Source of the DNA: Octopus bimaculoides
Lineage: Eukaryota
DNA: 33,838 nt
Direction of reading: 5' to 3'
Assembly (NCBI RefSeq): GCF_001194135.2
Contig: NC_068989.1
Location: 53,714,193-53,748,030 of the forward strand
Made by a program: the position numbers and the translations under genes. Below are positions 33,136 to 33,838 of this stretch, in pieces. The notes under the pieces were generated by a model. That model saw nothing but the letters and a program-made list of their open reading frames with translations. It was not told the DNA's origin and did not search any database. Within the stretch, counting starts at the first letter, position 1; every line of letters starts with the position of its first letter.

Positions 33136-33838
33136 GATGGGGAAAACACCAGTAACAATAAAGTCTGTCCCATCAAAAGAAGAAGTGCAGGAATTTTGGA
33201 ATAAAATCTGGGCAGAAAATAAAACACACAATGAAAAGGCCCCTTCGATTGATAGAATATCTACAGACTTAGACTCCTTAGAGGAGCAAAAGTGGGAGGG
33301 GGTCAAGGTAGAAGATATAAGATCTGCTCTCAGGAGGTCAATCAAATGGAAGGCTCCAGGAAATGATAAAGTTCCTAACTTCTGGTTGAATGCTTTCTCA
33401 GAGAGTCATGAACTGCTAACAAAACTTTACAACGATGTTTTGCAAAATCCTAGATTGATGCCCTCTTGACTAGTTAATGGTTTAACATTCCTGCTTCCAA
33501 AAAATGAGGAAACAAACGAACCAAAAAATTATCGACCCATAACCTGCTTAACAACAATGTATAAGACGCTAACATCCGTCCTAACTGAATATACCTATAG
33601 TTTTTTAATAGAAAGTAGCATATTCCTTAATGAGCAAATGGGATGTAAACGTGGATCTTATGGCATTTTCCAGAGTGACTCACTATCACCACTCCTCTTC
33701 TGTCTAGCCTTAATGCCTCTCTCAAAATTGCTCAATGATGCACAGTATGGTTATAAAATATTTGATAAAAATATAAATCATCTCATTTACATGGATGATT
33801 TGAAGCTTTTTGCAAAGAATGACCAAAAACTCAAAGGC
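33135..33838 (+). mobile_element. Dong/R4-clade LINE RT, 5'-truncated, with internal in-frame deletion; runs off the window
   Basis: EVQEFWNKIW..WKAPGNDKVPNFWL..PS*LVNGLTFLLPK..PKNYRPITCLTTMYKTLT..EQMGCKRGSYG|IFQSDSLSPLLFCLALMPLS..NHLIYMDDLKLFAKN. Confidence 0.92.

Overview
AT-rich, repeat-dense eukaryotic DNA from a draft assembly, with 9 N-gaps totalling about 4.4 kb, most next to microsatellites. The tRNA-derived SINE families, Dong/R4 LINEs in (TAA)n arrays, CR1-group LINEs and dense (TA)/(CA)/(GATA)/(TAA) microsatellites point to a cephalopod, probably Octopus (inference from recalled repeat families, not a search). No intact host gene or intact ORF is supportable. Contents: decayed CR1-group LINEs, one retaining a CCCH-finger ORF1, APE and RT; Dong/R4 REL-type LINE pieces; two Naiad-type Penelope-like elements (a GIY-YIG piece, and a near full-length RT copy with a degenerate hammerhead upstream and an inverted 3' block); a mariner-derived MITE; and about 14 SINE copies from at least 3 families. 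The best leads concern mobile-element biology: a SINE 3' tail shared with the local CR1-group LINE, a hairpin conserved across SINE families, an orphan element sitting in (TAA)n, and an in-frame RT deletion. A few candidate host exons are low confidence. I found no evidence for a genuinely new biological system.
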